From Scyliorhinus canicula (Eukaryota): a stretch of 64,000 nt of DNA. Shown here one piece after another: positions 35,801 through 45,960 of the stretch. Under the pieces are notes generated by a model. The model ran no database searches. It was not told the origin of the DNA and saw only the letters and a list, made by a program, of their open reading frames with translations. The position numbers and the translations under genes were made by a program. The stretch lies in contig NW_024055445.1 in the NCBI RefSeq assembly GCF_902713615.1, positions 124,001 to 188,000 of the forward strand, written 5' to 3'. Within the stretch, counting starts at the first letter, position 1; the number at the start of each line of letters is the position of its first letter.

Positions 35801-37111
35801 GCCAACCAGTCCTAAAAACGACCGGAGGGCTGAAACATTCTGGGGAAGGGGCAATTTGACAATCGAATCAATTCTTTTGAATTCGATCTCGCGTTTGCCG
35901 TGCGTGATGACTGATCCCAAATACATCACTTTACTTTCCAATATTTGGGCCTTTTTCGGGTTAACTTTACAGCCAATTTCAGTTAAGAGTTCCAGGAGTT
36001 CGGCCAGAAGCGAAATGTGCTCTGCCTTTGTGTCTGTCTGCAGTAGTAGGTCGTCTACATACTGTACCAGACATTCGGGTCGGGAAAATTTTTCTAATCC
36101 ACTTGCCAGCTGTCGGTGGAAAATGGAGGGTGAATTGTGGAATCCTTGTGGGAGGCATGTCCACGTGTACTGCTGTGTTTTAAAAGTGAATGCGAATTTG
36201 TATTGGCACGCTTTTGCCAATGGTATTGACCAGAATCCATTACTGATGTCCAATACCGTGAAGTACTTGGCGTTGAGACCCTGCTTGAGCATGGTCTCGG
36301 GACTAGTAGCTACCGTTGGGGCTACTGCGGGGGTTACTTTATTGAGTTCCCGATAATCAATGGTCAGACGCCATGATCCATCGTGCTTCCTCACTGGCCA
36401 AATAGGGGCATTGTTGGTGGAGGCTACCGTTCTCAGTACACCTTGGTCCAACAAGCTACCTATAACTTTTTCTATTTCCACCTCTGCCTCGAGGGGAAAT
36501 CTATATTGCTTTTGCGGTCGGGGGTCCTGTCCGGTAACATGAACTTGTCCAGTCATTCTGCCACAGTCATGACGGTGACTTGCAAATGCTGTCCTGTGTT
36601 TGTTTAGTAGGGCCTTAATTTGTCTGTCGGTGTGGAGTGTAGTCAGGTCGAATGAGTACTCTCCCACTGCGCTAATCCGATTAGCGTAGTCTCCTACTGT
36701 GAGGGTGGCTGGGGCTCTGTCTGATCTCGCCATTCGCCAGACACACTGGTTCACTGGGTCGAACGACAAGCTGTGAGCGTTCATAAAATCTATCCCCAGG
36801 ATGTGCTCTGCTGTCCGGGGAAGATTTACTAGAACTACGGGGTGCCTTGTGCTAATGTTCCCTAGCTGGATCGCTACGGGTGCTGTGATATGTCCCTGCT
36901 GCGAGTGTCCGGTGAACCCGCTAAGTGTGATGGTGGAGGTGGTCGGCCACGTGTCTGAGTGTGCCGTGGTTGTGGAGTTAATGGTGGTGCGGGATCCTCC
37001 TGTGTCCCACAGTAACTCTATGGGCTTCCCTTTGACTTTTGCCGTGACTACGGGCCTCCCTGATGAGTCCCATAGTGTGTCACAGACCCAAGTGGGGGAG
37101 CCCGAACACCG
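32885..37111 (-). CDS. pol: Pol: protease, RT, tether RNase H, second RNase H, integrase with GPY/F motif, acidic Pro/Ser/Thr tail
   Basis: In frame after the gag stop with no further stops (109 codons translated by hand plus the 1299-aa ORF). Motifs: LLWDTGGS; LDISNGFW, LPQGFHNSP, YVDD; IYVDGSS, AQAAELAA, IYSDS, GNVKADALAK; HDGHGH...CLIC, QIDF, DSDQG, IVERMN, GPY. Confidence 0.95.
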   Translation of the reverse strand, partial: RCSGSPTWVCDTLWDSSGRPVVTAKVKGKPIELLWDTGGSRTTINSTTTAHSDTWPTTSTITLSGFTGHSQQGHITAPVAIQLGNISTRHPVVLVNLPRTAEHILGIDFMNAHSLSFDPVNQCVWRMARSDRAPATLTVGDYANRISAVGEYSFDLTTLHTDRQIKALLNKHRTAFASHRHDCGRMTGQVHVTGQDPRPQKQYRFPLEAEVEIEKVIGSLLDQGVLRTVASTNNAPIWPVRKHDGSWRLTIDYRELNKVTPAVAPTVATSPETMLKQGLNAKYFTVLDISNGFWSIPLAKACQYKFAFTFKTQQYTWTCLPQGFHNSPSIFHRQLASGLEKFSRPECLVQYVDDLLLQTDTKAEHISLLAELLELLTEIGCKVNPKKAQILESKVMYLGSVITHGKREIEFKRIDSIVKLPLPQNVSALRSFLGLVGYCRNHIDGFATKAAPLSDLLKKGAPWEWLPQHTGAVEELKRALSAAPALLVPDQLSPYAIEVASTDLTLSAVLLQERHEQLRPVAYASRLLDPVEQGFSACERHLLAVFWAVQYFSYITGLNPITILTEHTPTQLLLDGRLKGGSVSQIRAARWTLLLQGRDITVKRTRTHTYLADNLQYPGQPHDCEIVAPLHNTGPFLAKTPPRKIGNPKQSPQPTDTCGPLRIYVDGSSTVLNGERITGCGIYVEDAQGRALEEIALKLPGHLGAQAAELAAIAYIVDHPDSFPSPADIYSDSLYVCNSLTDFLPLWRTRGFVSADGKPLPSAPLLQHILEKAKDRTFGIIKVRSHHRSSPPGNVKADALAKAGSRRGHLWTPPASAPASAPVSAVQVSQTDIKDLVAAQKQDGDLREVFKGNFVPAYEHFKHALTTHEGVIIKDQLYVVPQQDRNQMIALFHDGHGHQGIDATTRHLRQLCWWPNLRNDVTHYIENCLICAQNNPERYSKKAQLRHTRPVNGPWTNLQIDFIGPLPPCRNGYKYVLVVIDTFTKWVEAFPSRTNTAKTAAKILTHHIFTRWGLPRSIDSDQGSHFTGRVMRNVLTIFGIKQNFHIAYHPQSSGIVERMNRTLKTTLRKMVQENNSTWDSVLPFALMFIRNTVSTSTGYTPHTLMTGRPMKGTEFLLGLDMTSPELTALTHEKAVKDLVETVRSAQLAAAVQLGKRRQQRTACFNKTVHTTEFQVGQQVMLSVYNPSSFLAPKYSGPYSISDKISPSVYRIKYPNGKTAWFHINQLKAYGTQANHAHHVLLDAAEHFTPPTRDTFPPSPSQTSSSTDSPTTPPTDHYRPRPDTPTSCHSRDSRTDTDSEDSDTTQPYSPHCTNYDSDSSDPMEVTYLKYPEPPPDPDYPDNTLDATQWHRDNSYRLVRNDESDPRSHNSKIACLIHTRVWDPGEQDDTVSDSRHGNPFVTLFTEAESK

Positions 37112-38860
37112 TCAGTTCGTCTCGTCCACATTGGTGGGTCCTGACTGTACTGCTACATTGTGGATGGGTTTTGCTTTGTTGCGGTTCAGAGTGCCTGTCT
37201 GCTGGCCTCTCTGAGATCGCTGGGGTGCTTGGCACTCTTTAGCCCAATGCCCTAACTGTCCACAGTTATAGCATTCCTGTCCTTTCTGTTGTGGGCTGCT
37301 CTTGCCGTCATTTACCCATGCGGGCTTCTGGTGCTCTCTGACTGCTTGGATATCTGCAGCAGCCTGAGCCTCTTCTGGGGATCTAACCTTTCCTTTTGCC
37401 TGAAGCGATTGCTCCCAAGCGCGGGACAATCTTTTCAGGACCCATTTCTCGTTATGGGCCTCTTCTGAGGGGTCGTAACTGTTGCAAGCGCTCTGTCCTG
37501 CTTCTGTTGCGTGTGAGATAATTGTGCGCGTCCACTTAACCATGTTTTCGCGGGTTAAATGCGCTCTATCTAGCTGTCCGAAAACTGCGCTGAAATGAAT
37601 CCACAGCCTTCCTGCGAATGCTGTGGGGTGTTCGGATCTCTTCTGCCTGCACTTATTCAATCCTTCTACGGGGTCACCTCTATTGTACCCGATGGCATCT
37701 AAAATGGCGGTGTGCATCTCCTCTAGGCTGCCTCCTGCCACGTTTTGTGGGTCGGGGAGGGCTGCTACTACGCTCTGGTCTAAGCTCAGCACGGTGAGCT
37801 TAACCTGCTCTCTCTCATCCAGGCCGTACATGGTAGCCTGCTGTTTTACTTTAGCGAAGAACTGGTGGGGGTCTGCGGTGGGGAGGAACGGAGTGATCTT
37901 TTCACAAGCGTCCCTTAGCTGGGTTACTGTTAAAGGGGTGGTGTAAGTTATGTCTGGGGCGCCTTCTGATTCGGCTTTCCTCTGTGTGGTTACGGGATTC
38001 ATGGGTGCGGTTATGATCTGAGCTGTGGGGGGTTGGGGTGCCTGTCGTTTCTGCTGAGCTGCGGGCGCACATGTTCCCTGAACATAACGCTGCGCTGTCT
38101 CGCTTAATTCCTGCCAATCTGGGGCATTTTCCCCATCTAACTGAGCTCCAAAGGTGCTTTGGAAGCCATTCTGCACCGAAAGCAGAGATTGCAGTTCCGC
38201 AATCTGTTTCCTGCATTTCGCGTGGTCAACTGTGCTTTGTCTTTGTTCGGTTGTTGCAGCATGGAGTGCTCTCAAAGCTGCTTTGAGATCGGAACATTGC
38301 CTCTGCAATGCCTCCACCTGCTTTTCCGATTCCTGTCTTATCAGAACGGCACGTTGCACGTCCTGATAGGCTTTCTCATACTGGGTCTGGGAACTGCTCA
38401 GATGAGCTAGACAAGACTGGTGAGCCCTCTTGGCATCATCCACCTCTCTATCCTTCTCTGCCAACTTCCCTTTTAATTCCAGGTTTTCTTTCTCGACGTC
38501 CCTGACATCGACCTTACTCATTCGGTTCCTTTCCTCTAAATCTGCCCGGAGCGTCCTGATGACCTCCTCTGCGCCTCGCAACTGTGCCAAGCAGGACACA
38601 ATTGCCATCGGCTTGCGTGCTTTACCTAAACTCTTTTTGTGTATTTGAGAGAGGTTCTCCCACCAAGTATGACCTATACTCCCGGGACCTGTCTCCTCAT
38701 TTGCACAAAACTCTTTCCAAAGGGGCCATCCCTTTCCTTGTAAATATTTGCGGAGTTCCAGCTCCCACGTGGGACACTGGCCTACCCTGCTACTGCTGCT
38801 GGTCGCTGCGACCACAAACTTTGCTGGATCCATCAGACGTTCCATTGCCTGCATGGCCAT
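37112..38860 (-). CDS. gag: Gag (582 aa) with long predicted coiled coil and one CCHC knuckle
   Basis: GAAATGG start context; CYNCGQLGHWAKEC (37231-37272); position between PBS and pol. Confidence 0.9.
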   Translation of the reverse strand: MAMQAMERLMDPAKFVVAATSSSSRVGQCPTWELELRKYLQGKGWPLWKEFCANEETGPGSIGHTWWENLSQIHKKSLGKARKPMAIVSCLAQLRGAEEVIRTLRADLEERNRMSKVDVRDVEKENLELKGKLAEKDREVDDAKRAHQSCLAHLSSSQTQYEKAYQDVQRAVLIRQESEKQVEALQRQCSDLKAALRALHAATTEQRQSTVDHAKCRKQIAELQSLLSVQNGFQSTFGAQLDGENAPDWQELSETAQRYVQGTCAPAAQQKRQAPQPPTAQIITAPMNPVTTQRKAESEGAPDITYTTPLTVTQLRDACEKITPFLPTADPHQFFAKVKQQATMYGLDEREQVKLTVLSLDQSVVAALPDPQNVAGGSLEEMHTAILDAIGYNRGDPVEGLNKCRQKRSEHPTAFAGRLWIHFSAVFGQLDRAHLTRENMVKWTRTIISHATEAGQSACNSYDPSEEAHNEKWVLKRLSRAWEQSLQAKGKVRSPEEAQAAADIQAVREHQKPAWVNDGKSSPQQKGQECYNCGQLGHWAKECQAPQRSQRGQQTGTLNRNKAKPIHNVAVQSGPTNVDETN

Positions 38861-39155
38861 TTCCTCTGACTCTCTTTTTATAATTTGGAACAGGGGGTTG
38901 TTGGGGTGGTGTTTCGTAAAAAGGGTACGGCTTACGCTATTTTCCGATCACAAAACTACCGAAAGTTTGTCGCAACAAAAAGCTTTCAGTTTTACCTTAC
39001 AGCCCTGTTAGTACGCATGCACTAAACACACTTCCGAATTTCGCTTATTATTTTGAACACCTTGAATACTTGTGATCTCTTTCTTTCTCTGCAATTTGGA
39101 GTTCTAATTCAAATTTCAGGGTCCTGGACACTGTGGTGTTTCCACTTACAACAGG

Positions 39156-39174
39156 GTCCCGGCGGATGTCGCCA
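39156..39174 (-). promoter_or_regulatory. Primer-binding site, tRNA-Arg(UCU)-like with one bulged base
   Basis: TGGCGACATCCGCCGGGAC starts 5 nt inside the 5' LTR. The vertebrate tRNA-Arg(UCU) 3' end as I recall it (GUCCCGGCGGAGUCGCCA) predicts TGGCGAC-TCCGCCGGGAC. Confidence 0.7.
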
Positions 39175-39179
39175 CTAAA

Positions 39180-40128
39180 TGTTGCACGTTTTACTATGGG
39201 CGTAAAACGCGTTTATTGGAGTGTATTAACACGCCTCCGAGTTCGACGTGTGCTTAACACTGCTAGGCTCTGTTCTATGTAATTATTTAGCTCTGGAGTC
39301 GCCAGTTGCCGTATAGGCAACGTCACAAGTATTCCAAGGTCAAGTTCAAAGTAATAAAGACGATACACCGATTAGTAAAGTTCAAACGATCAATATTTAT
39401 TATACAGTTATAATAAATACTCATGCACACACTAAGAGACTAAGCTATAACTAAACTTAAGCAAACAGAATACTTATCTAACAGGAACAGGCAAGGTCAG
39501 AGAACGAGGCCTTCGTCCTGGTCTGGCACTGCAGCCTTCAGCAAGCGTTCTGGTACTTGGGAGTCTAGTGGGCTTGGATCGCGTAGCGAGCGTTGAACTT
39601 ACGGTTTCGGCGGCTGGTGCTCAACGGCTGGAGTCAGGATGCAAGATGTCAGTCAGAGCCGGAGCACGGGTTTAACAGACCGGACAACACGAGGTCCCTA
39701 TCTTTTATAGGGGTTCCATTGTCCTTCCCTCTTCTCGGGCGGGCTCTACCTATTGGATCAATTTCTTATCGATACTGGATTAATTCCCCAATGCGAGGGG
39801 GTCTCCGTGATGGAGGGGGCGTTTCTTATGTCCTTTTGTTTGGAAGTTTCTGGTGCCTCGATGTCTGGGTCTTGATTAGAATGTGTCCATTCAGAACCAA
39901 ATGTATCTATTGTGTGGGTGTTCAAGTCTGATGGCCTCATTAGCATGCAAAGTGTTTTGCCATTTGCACCTAGCTAAGGTCTTTTCACCTGAGCCCAAAC
40001 TGGTTTCTGCTGCTGCAGAATGCAAACTGCTCTTTGCAGACTGCTGTTCTGGCTAAACTGTCTGTTTCCCAGCAGTCTTCTATTTTAGTTTGGCTCAGTG
40101 TCCATTTTGCGTGGCCAGCATGGCTACA
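39180..40128 (-). repeat. 5' LTR
   Basis: 949 bp, TG...CA termini, partner of 30317-31265. Confidence 0.97.
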
Positions 40129-41064
40129 GGCATTACCATCATTGAATCCCCACTCGAAACCTCCTGGGGGTTCACATGGACTAGAAAGTGATCTGGACGA
40201 GTCATATAAAATTTGAGGCCAGAAGAACAGGTCAAAGGTGAAAAACTCATCTCCTGACACCCCAAAGCCTGCCCACCATCTAAAGATCCGCTGTGGAAGA
40301 TCATCATGTCTCCTGAGGCAGCACCTTCCAAACCCATGACAGCGGCCATCTGGACAAGGACAGCAGACACATGGGAACACCGCCAACTGGAAGCTCAACT
40401 CCAAGTCACTCAGCATCATGACTATAAAATATATCCCCGCTCCTTCACTGCCGCTGGTTCAAAACCATGGAACTGACTCGGGGAAACCCCACATGGACTG
40501 CACTGGTTAAAGAAGGAAGCTCACCACCTTCTCAAAGGCAATGAGGGATGGAAAATAAATGCTGACCCAGCCACAGACGCCTACATCACAATAATGAATA
40601 AACACAACACACTCTCCGTATACAATATGACAAGAATTTAACGGGCAGAAAAATCCCATTTGCAAAAGTAAAATCAGCAAATTTACAGGAATGTTTATTG
40701 TCCCAGTTCTAAATTGTTTTGTGGAAAATTAAATTACATCGACATTAAAGCAGCTGCCCAGTGATCTACACTGCTGTCTGACTTTACACAGCCGGTGTTA
40801 CTGACAGTATTAAAGCAGCTGCCCAGTGATCTACACTGCTGTCTGACTGCACACAGCCGGTGTTACTGAAAGCTGATCAATGTGGAGAATCAGGACAGGA
40901 TCGATGGAGAGGAAGAGGAAGAGGTGGGGGTGGTGGAGCCGAATGGAGGAGCCCCCAGCTCGGCTGTGGACAACAGACATCGGAAAGCTGAGCCTGAGCG
41001 GAAACTCATCCAGAGAAACATCGTCCTAATGGGCTGGGAGAACCTGGGAATGATCACTCACCTA

Positions 41065-43760
41065 CGGTCACTCACTCACTCACTCACTCTCACCTGTCTT
41101 CACTCATTCACTTACCTTCACTCACTCACCATCACTCATTGACACTCACTCACCCACCTTCCCTGACGCACTCTCACACACCCACCCTGACACACTCTCT
41201 CACCCACCCTCTCTGACACACTCTCACTCACCCACCCTCCCTGACACACGCTCACCCACCCTCCCTGACACACTCTCACCCACCCACCCTCCCAGACACA
41301 CTCTCACCACCCCCCATCCTCCCTGACACACTCTCCCTCACCCACCCTCCCTGACACACTCTCACTCACCCACCCTCCCTGACAGACAGTTACTCACCCA
41401 CCTTCCCTGGCACACTCTCACTCACCCGCCCTCCCTGACACACACTCACCGCCCACCCTCCCTGACAGACAGTTACTCACCCACCCTCCCTGACACACTC
41501 TCACACACCCACTCTCCCTGACACACTCTCACACCCAACCTCCCTGACACACTCTCACTCACCCACCTCCCTGACACACTCTCACACCCCCCCCCCCCAC
41601 CCCGTGACACACTCTCACACACCCACCCCCTCCTTGACACACACACTCTCACCCACACTCCCTGACACACACACTCTCACCCACCCTCCCTGACACACAC
41701 TCACTCACCCACCCTCCCTGGCACATTCTCACTCACCACCCTCCCTGACACACTCTCACTCGCCCACTCTCCCTGACACACACTCTCTCACCCACCCTCC
41801 CTGACACACTCTCACTCACCCACCCTCCCTGACACACTCTCACTCACCCAGCCTCCCTGACACACTCTCACTCACCCACCCTCCCTGACACACACACACT
41901 CACGCAAACTCCCTGACACACTCTCACTGACCCACCCTCCCTAACACACTCACCTAGCCTCCCTGACACACTCTCACTCACCCACCCTCACTGACACATT
42001 CTCACTCACACACCCTCTCTGACACACACACACTGACCCACCCTCCCTGACACACACTCACTGACCCTCCCTCCCTGACACACACACGCTCACTCACCCA
42101 CCCTCCCTGACACACTCTCACTCACCCACTCTCCCTGACAGACCCTCACTCACCCACCCTCCCTGACACACTCTCACTCACCCACCCTCCCTGACACACT
42201 CTCACTCACACACCCTCCCTGACAGACCCTCACTCACCCACCCTCCCTGACACACTCTCACTCACACACCCTCCCTGACACACTCATTCACGCACTCTCC
42301 CTGACAGACCCTCACTCACCCACCCTCCCTGACAGACCCTCACTCACCCACCCTCCCTGACACGCTCTCACTCACCCACCCTGACACACACACACTCACC
42401 CACCCTCCCTGACACACTCTCACTCACCTACCCTGACACACTTTCACTCCCTCACCCTCACACACAGTCACCCATCCTCATTCACCACCACTCGCCCTGA
42501 TTGACTCCCCCTTTCAGACCCAACCTAACTCGTTCATCCTCACTCACACACTCTCAGCCACTCATCCTCAAACCAACGCACATTTTGACTCATCCTCACC
42601 CACTCTCCTTCAGGCTCTCCCCCTCACTCAGTCACCCCCCCACACTCACCCCCCATCCTCGCACACCCACCCTCACACACCCTCACTCACCCACCCTCAC
42701 GCATGCTTATTCACTCACCCACACTCACACACCCACCCTCACGCACCCTCAATCAGTAACCCACCCTCACTGACACATTCACTCTCCCCCTCACTCAAAT
42801 ACCACCACCCACCCTAACTCACTCACTCACTCACCCTCCAACCCACCATCGCTCTCGAATGTTCCCTTACACATCCACCCTAACTCATTCATACTTACTC
42901 ATCCAGCCTCACTCATTCACCCTCACAAAGACTCGCACCAACCCTCTTTAAGACCTTCACTCTCAGATCCTTACCCTTCCTCACTCACACACACTCACTC
43001 ATTCACATTCCCTCATATACCCTTAATGAGCCACCCTCACCAGACGCACCTACCCTCTGTCACCCACTATCACTCACCCTCACTCACCCACCCATCCTCA
43101 CACACCCTCATTTACCCACACCCATCCCCTCACTCACCCTGACTCACTCAACCACCATCACACACCCACCCTCGCCCACCACCCACACTCATTCTCTGCC
43201 ACTCACACATCCTCACTCACCTTCACACACCCACTAATTCTCAATGACGCACCTCACTCACTGACCCGCACTCACTCATACATCCTCCTTCAATCATCCT
43301 CACTCATTCACCCTCACTCGACCACGGTCACTGACTCCCCCTCATTCATTCACCCCCTACATTCACTCACCAGCAGTCGACCCCCGACTCACCCAAGCTC
43401 ACTCACTCACCGACCCCCTGACTCACCCACCCTCGCTCACTCATCTTCATTGACTCTCACTACACAACCTCACTCACCCAGCGGCACTCATTCCCTGCGT
43501 CTCACTCACTCTCCCTCACCTACCCTGGCTCATTCGTGCTCGGTGACACAGCCTCGCCCATTTACCCTCACTCAGTCATTCACCCTGATCTACCACTCAT
43601 CAACACTAATACATCCTCAATCAGCCAACTCACTCACACACACTCACTCTCCTACCCTCACTCAGTTACTCACTCACCCACACTCACTCTCCTACCCTCA
43701 CTCAGTTACTCACTCACCCACACTCACTCTCCTACCCTCACTCAGTTACTCACTCATCCT
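41065..43760. repeat. C-rich minisatellite (~28-bp CCCACCCTCCCTGACACACTCTCACTCA, 41150-42420) grading into degenerate CACT/CACC repeats
   Basis: Dozens of recognisable units; three 44-bp copies at about 43630-43755. Confidence 0.9.
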
Positions 43761-43877
43761 CTCTCACTGATGCTCAGGAAATCGGCAAGGGAGCGTCTGC
43801 AGCGAGTGAGGAATAGAGAACTGGAGCGAAACTGATGTCCATTGGCCCCCGAATGTGGCTCAGAACACGGAGGTGGC

Positions 43878-44780
43878 GAGAGCCGGGGGAAGGAGCGGAG
43901 AGCCGGGGGAAGGAGCCGAGAGCCGGGGGAAGGAGCCGAGAGCCGGGGAAAGTGCGGAGAGCCGGGGGAAGGAACCGAGAGCCGGGGGAAAGTGCGGAGA
44001 GCCGGGTGAAAGTGCAGAGAGCCGGGGGAAGGAGCAGAGAGCCGGCGGAAAGTGCGGAGAGCCGGGGGAAAGTGCGGAGAGCCGGGAGAAGGAGCAGAGA
44101 GCCGAGGGAAGGAGCAGAGAGTCGGGAGAAGGAGCAGAGAGTCGGGGAAAGATAGAGAGCCGGAGGAAGGCTGCAGAGAGCCGGGGGAAGGAGCAGAGAG
44201 CCGGAGGAAGGAGCAGAGAGCCGGGGGAAGGAGCAGAGCGCCGGGGGAAGGCCCAGAGAGCCGGAGGAAAGTGCGGAGAGCCGGGGGAAGGAGCAGAGAG
44301 CCGGGGGAAGGAGCAGAGCGCCGGGGGAAGGAGCCGAGAGCCGGAGGAAAGTGCGGAGAGCCGGGGGAAGGCGCAGAGAGCCGGGGAAAGTGCAGAGAGC
44401 CTGGAGAAGGGGCAGAGAGCCGGGGGAAGGGGCAGAGAGCTGGCGCAAGTGCGGAGAGCCGGACGAAAGTTCATAGAGTGGGCGATAAGCCATAAGAATC
44501 GGGGTAAAGCGCACAGTGCTGGCGAAATGTTCAAAAAGACCGGGGAAAGTGCCAGGAACCGGGAAAAGTCGAAAGAACTGGGGAAAGTGCAGCACACATG
44601 GGCAAAGCACAAAGAGCAGGAAGAAAATTCAGTGCCGAAAGTGCAGAGATGCGGAGGAAAGCGCAGAGAGCCGTGGAAAAGAGCAGAGAGCTAAACGATA
44701 GTGAAGGGACCAGGAGGAAGGTGCAGCAATCCAGCGGGAACCGCAGAGAGATGGGGGAACGCTCAGAGAGCGCGGGGCGG
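43878..44780. repeat. G-rich 20-bp minisatellite (GAGAGCCGGGGGAAGGAGCA / GAGAGCCGGGGGAAAGTGCG)
   Basis: About 30 well-conserved units to ~44460, then decaying. Confidence 0.92.
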
Positions 44781-45147
44781 GGGTTGGGTGGATCGCAGAC
44801 AGCCCGGTCTCAGTGACAGGCGGAATATGGAGTTAACACCACAATCAGCACAGGGCAGGCTCTTACTGAATGGGGGAGGAGACTCCACGGATTGAATGGC
44901 CTCCTCCTGCTGTCAATGTGCATGGTCCTAAAATTAGTGAATGTTGCAATTACTCAAATGTAGAGTTTTATTGTAATTATATAAAGGTACATTCAGAAGG
45001 TGTTTTTGAAGCAAAGCCACAATTCTCTGGTTTGGGGAGTGGGGTTAGTGAGATGGAGGGAGGAGGGGGCATCAGTCAGTTTGAACAAAGGGAATTTCCC
45101 AAAACTGCAAAGATACAAATGAAGACACAACTTTTGTAAGACAAATT

Positions 45148-45786
45148 GATTGTGACGTACACAGCTCAGTTAGCTGGATTGTGACGTACACAGCTCAATT
45201 AGCTGGATTATGACCTACTCGGCTCAGTTAGCTGGATTGTGACGTACACAGCTCAGTTAGCTGGATTGTGACATACCCAGCTCAGTGAGCTGTATTGTGA
45301 CGTAGACATCACAGTCAGCTGGTTTGTGACGTACGCAGCTCAGTTCGCTGGATTGTGACGTACACAGATCAGTTAGCTGGATTGTGACGTACACAGCTCA
45401 GTTAGCTGGATTGTGACGTACGCAGCTCAGTTAGCTGGATTGTGACGTACACAGCTCAGTTAGCTGGATTGTGACGTACACAGCTCAGTTAGCTGGATTG
45501 TGACGTACACAGCTCAGTTAGCTGGATTGTGACGTACGCAGCTCAGTTAGCTGGATTGTGACGTATACAGCTCAGTTAGGTGGATTGTGACGTACACAGC
45601 TCAGTTAGCTCGATTGTGACGTACACAGCTCAGTTAGCTGGATTGTGACGTACACAGCTCAGTTAGGTGGATTGTGACGTACACAGCTCAGTTAGCTCGA
45701 TTGTGACGTACACAGCTCAGTTAGCTCGATTGTGACGTACACAGCTCAGTTAGCTGGATTGTGACGTACACAGCTCAGTTAGCTGG
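45148..45786. repeat. 29-bp tandem array CAGCTCAGTTAGCTGGATTGTGACGTACA, about 22 copies
   Basis: Period checked at 45380/45409; two AGCT per consensus unit. Confidence 0.95.
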
Positions 45787-45960
45787 ACGGCTGGTTCGTG
45801 ACGAAGAGCGATCCCAACAGCGCGGGTTCAATCGCTGCACCGGCTGAGGTTATTCATAAAGATCTCCATTCTCAACCTTGCCCCTGGCCTGATGTGTGGT
45901 GACCCTCAGGTTAAATCACCACAGTCAGCTCTCAAAGGGAAAGAACAGTCTCCGGGACTA
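45770..45960 (+). mobile_element. Third SINE family copy, continuous with the last array unit
   Basis: CAGCTCAGTTAGCTGGACGGCTGGTTCGTG...CCTCAGGTTAAATCACC matches 61815-62030. Confidence 0.75.

Larger units (their letters stand above)
30317..40128 (-). mobile_element. Intact retrovirus-like LTR element (9,812 bp), antisense in the IgM J-C intron
   Basis: Two 949-bp TG...CA LTRs, 4-bp TSD GGCA (30313-30316 and 40129-40132), PBS, PPT, open gag and pol. Confidence 0.97.
29890..40580 (+). mobile_element. LINE RT fragment interrupted by the LTR element (29890-30316 and 40133-40580)
   Basis: LFINDL...FSDDCT RT motif before the insertion; TTGACATTCAATGGCA/TTACCATCATTGAATCCCC reads continuously once the element is removed. 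Confidence 0.7.

Noticed and set aside
33065-38648. Numerous + strand ORFs over gag/pol
   Set aside because: Antisense shadows of long coding frames.
39167-39174. Tf1-like self-priming (LTR 5' end TGTAGCCA resembles the PBS complement TGTCGCCA)
   Set aside because: Only 7/8 nt, the transcript starts in R rather than at the U3 end, and a tRNA-Arg match explains the PBS better.
40744-40869. Direct repeat with 65-bp period
   Set aside because: A simple local duplication with no motif or context suggesting function.
43774-44694. ORFs of 250-279 aa on both strands (ESRGKE / PPALCS repeats)
   Set aside because: By-product of a stop-free 20-bp minisatellite.
45148-45786. CRISPR-like 29-bp repeat array
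   Set aside because: Units are head-to-tail with no unique spacers, there are no cas genes, and the DNA is eukaryotic.
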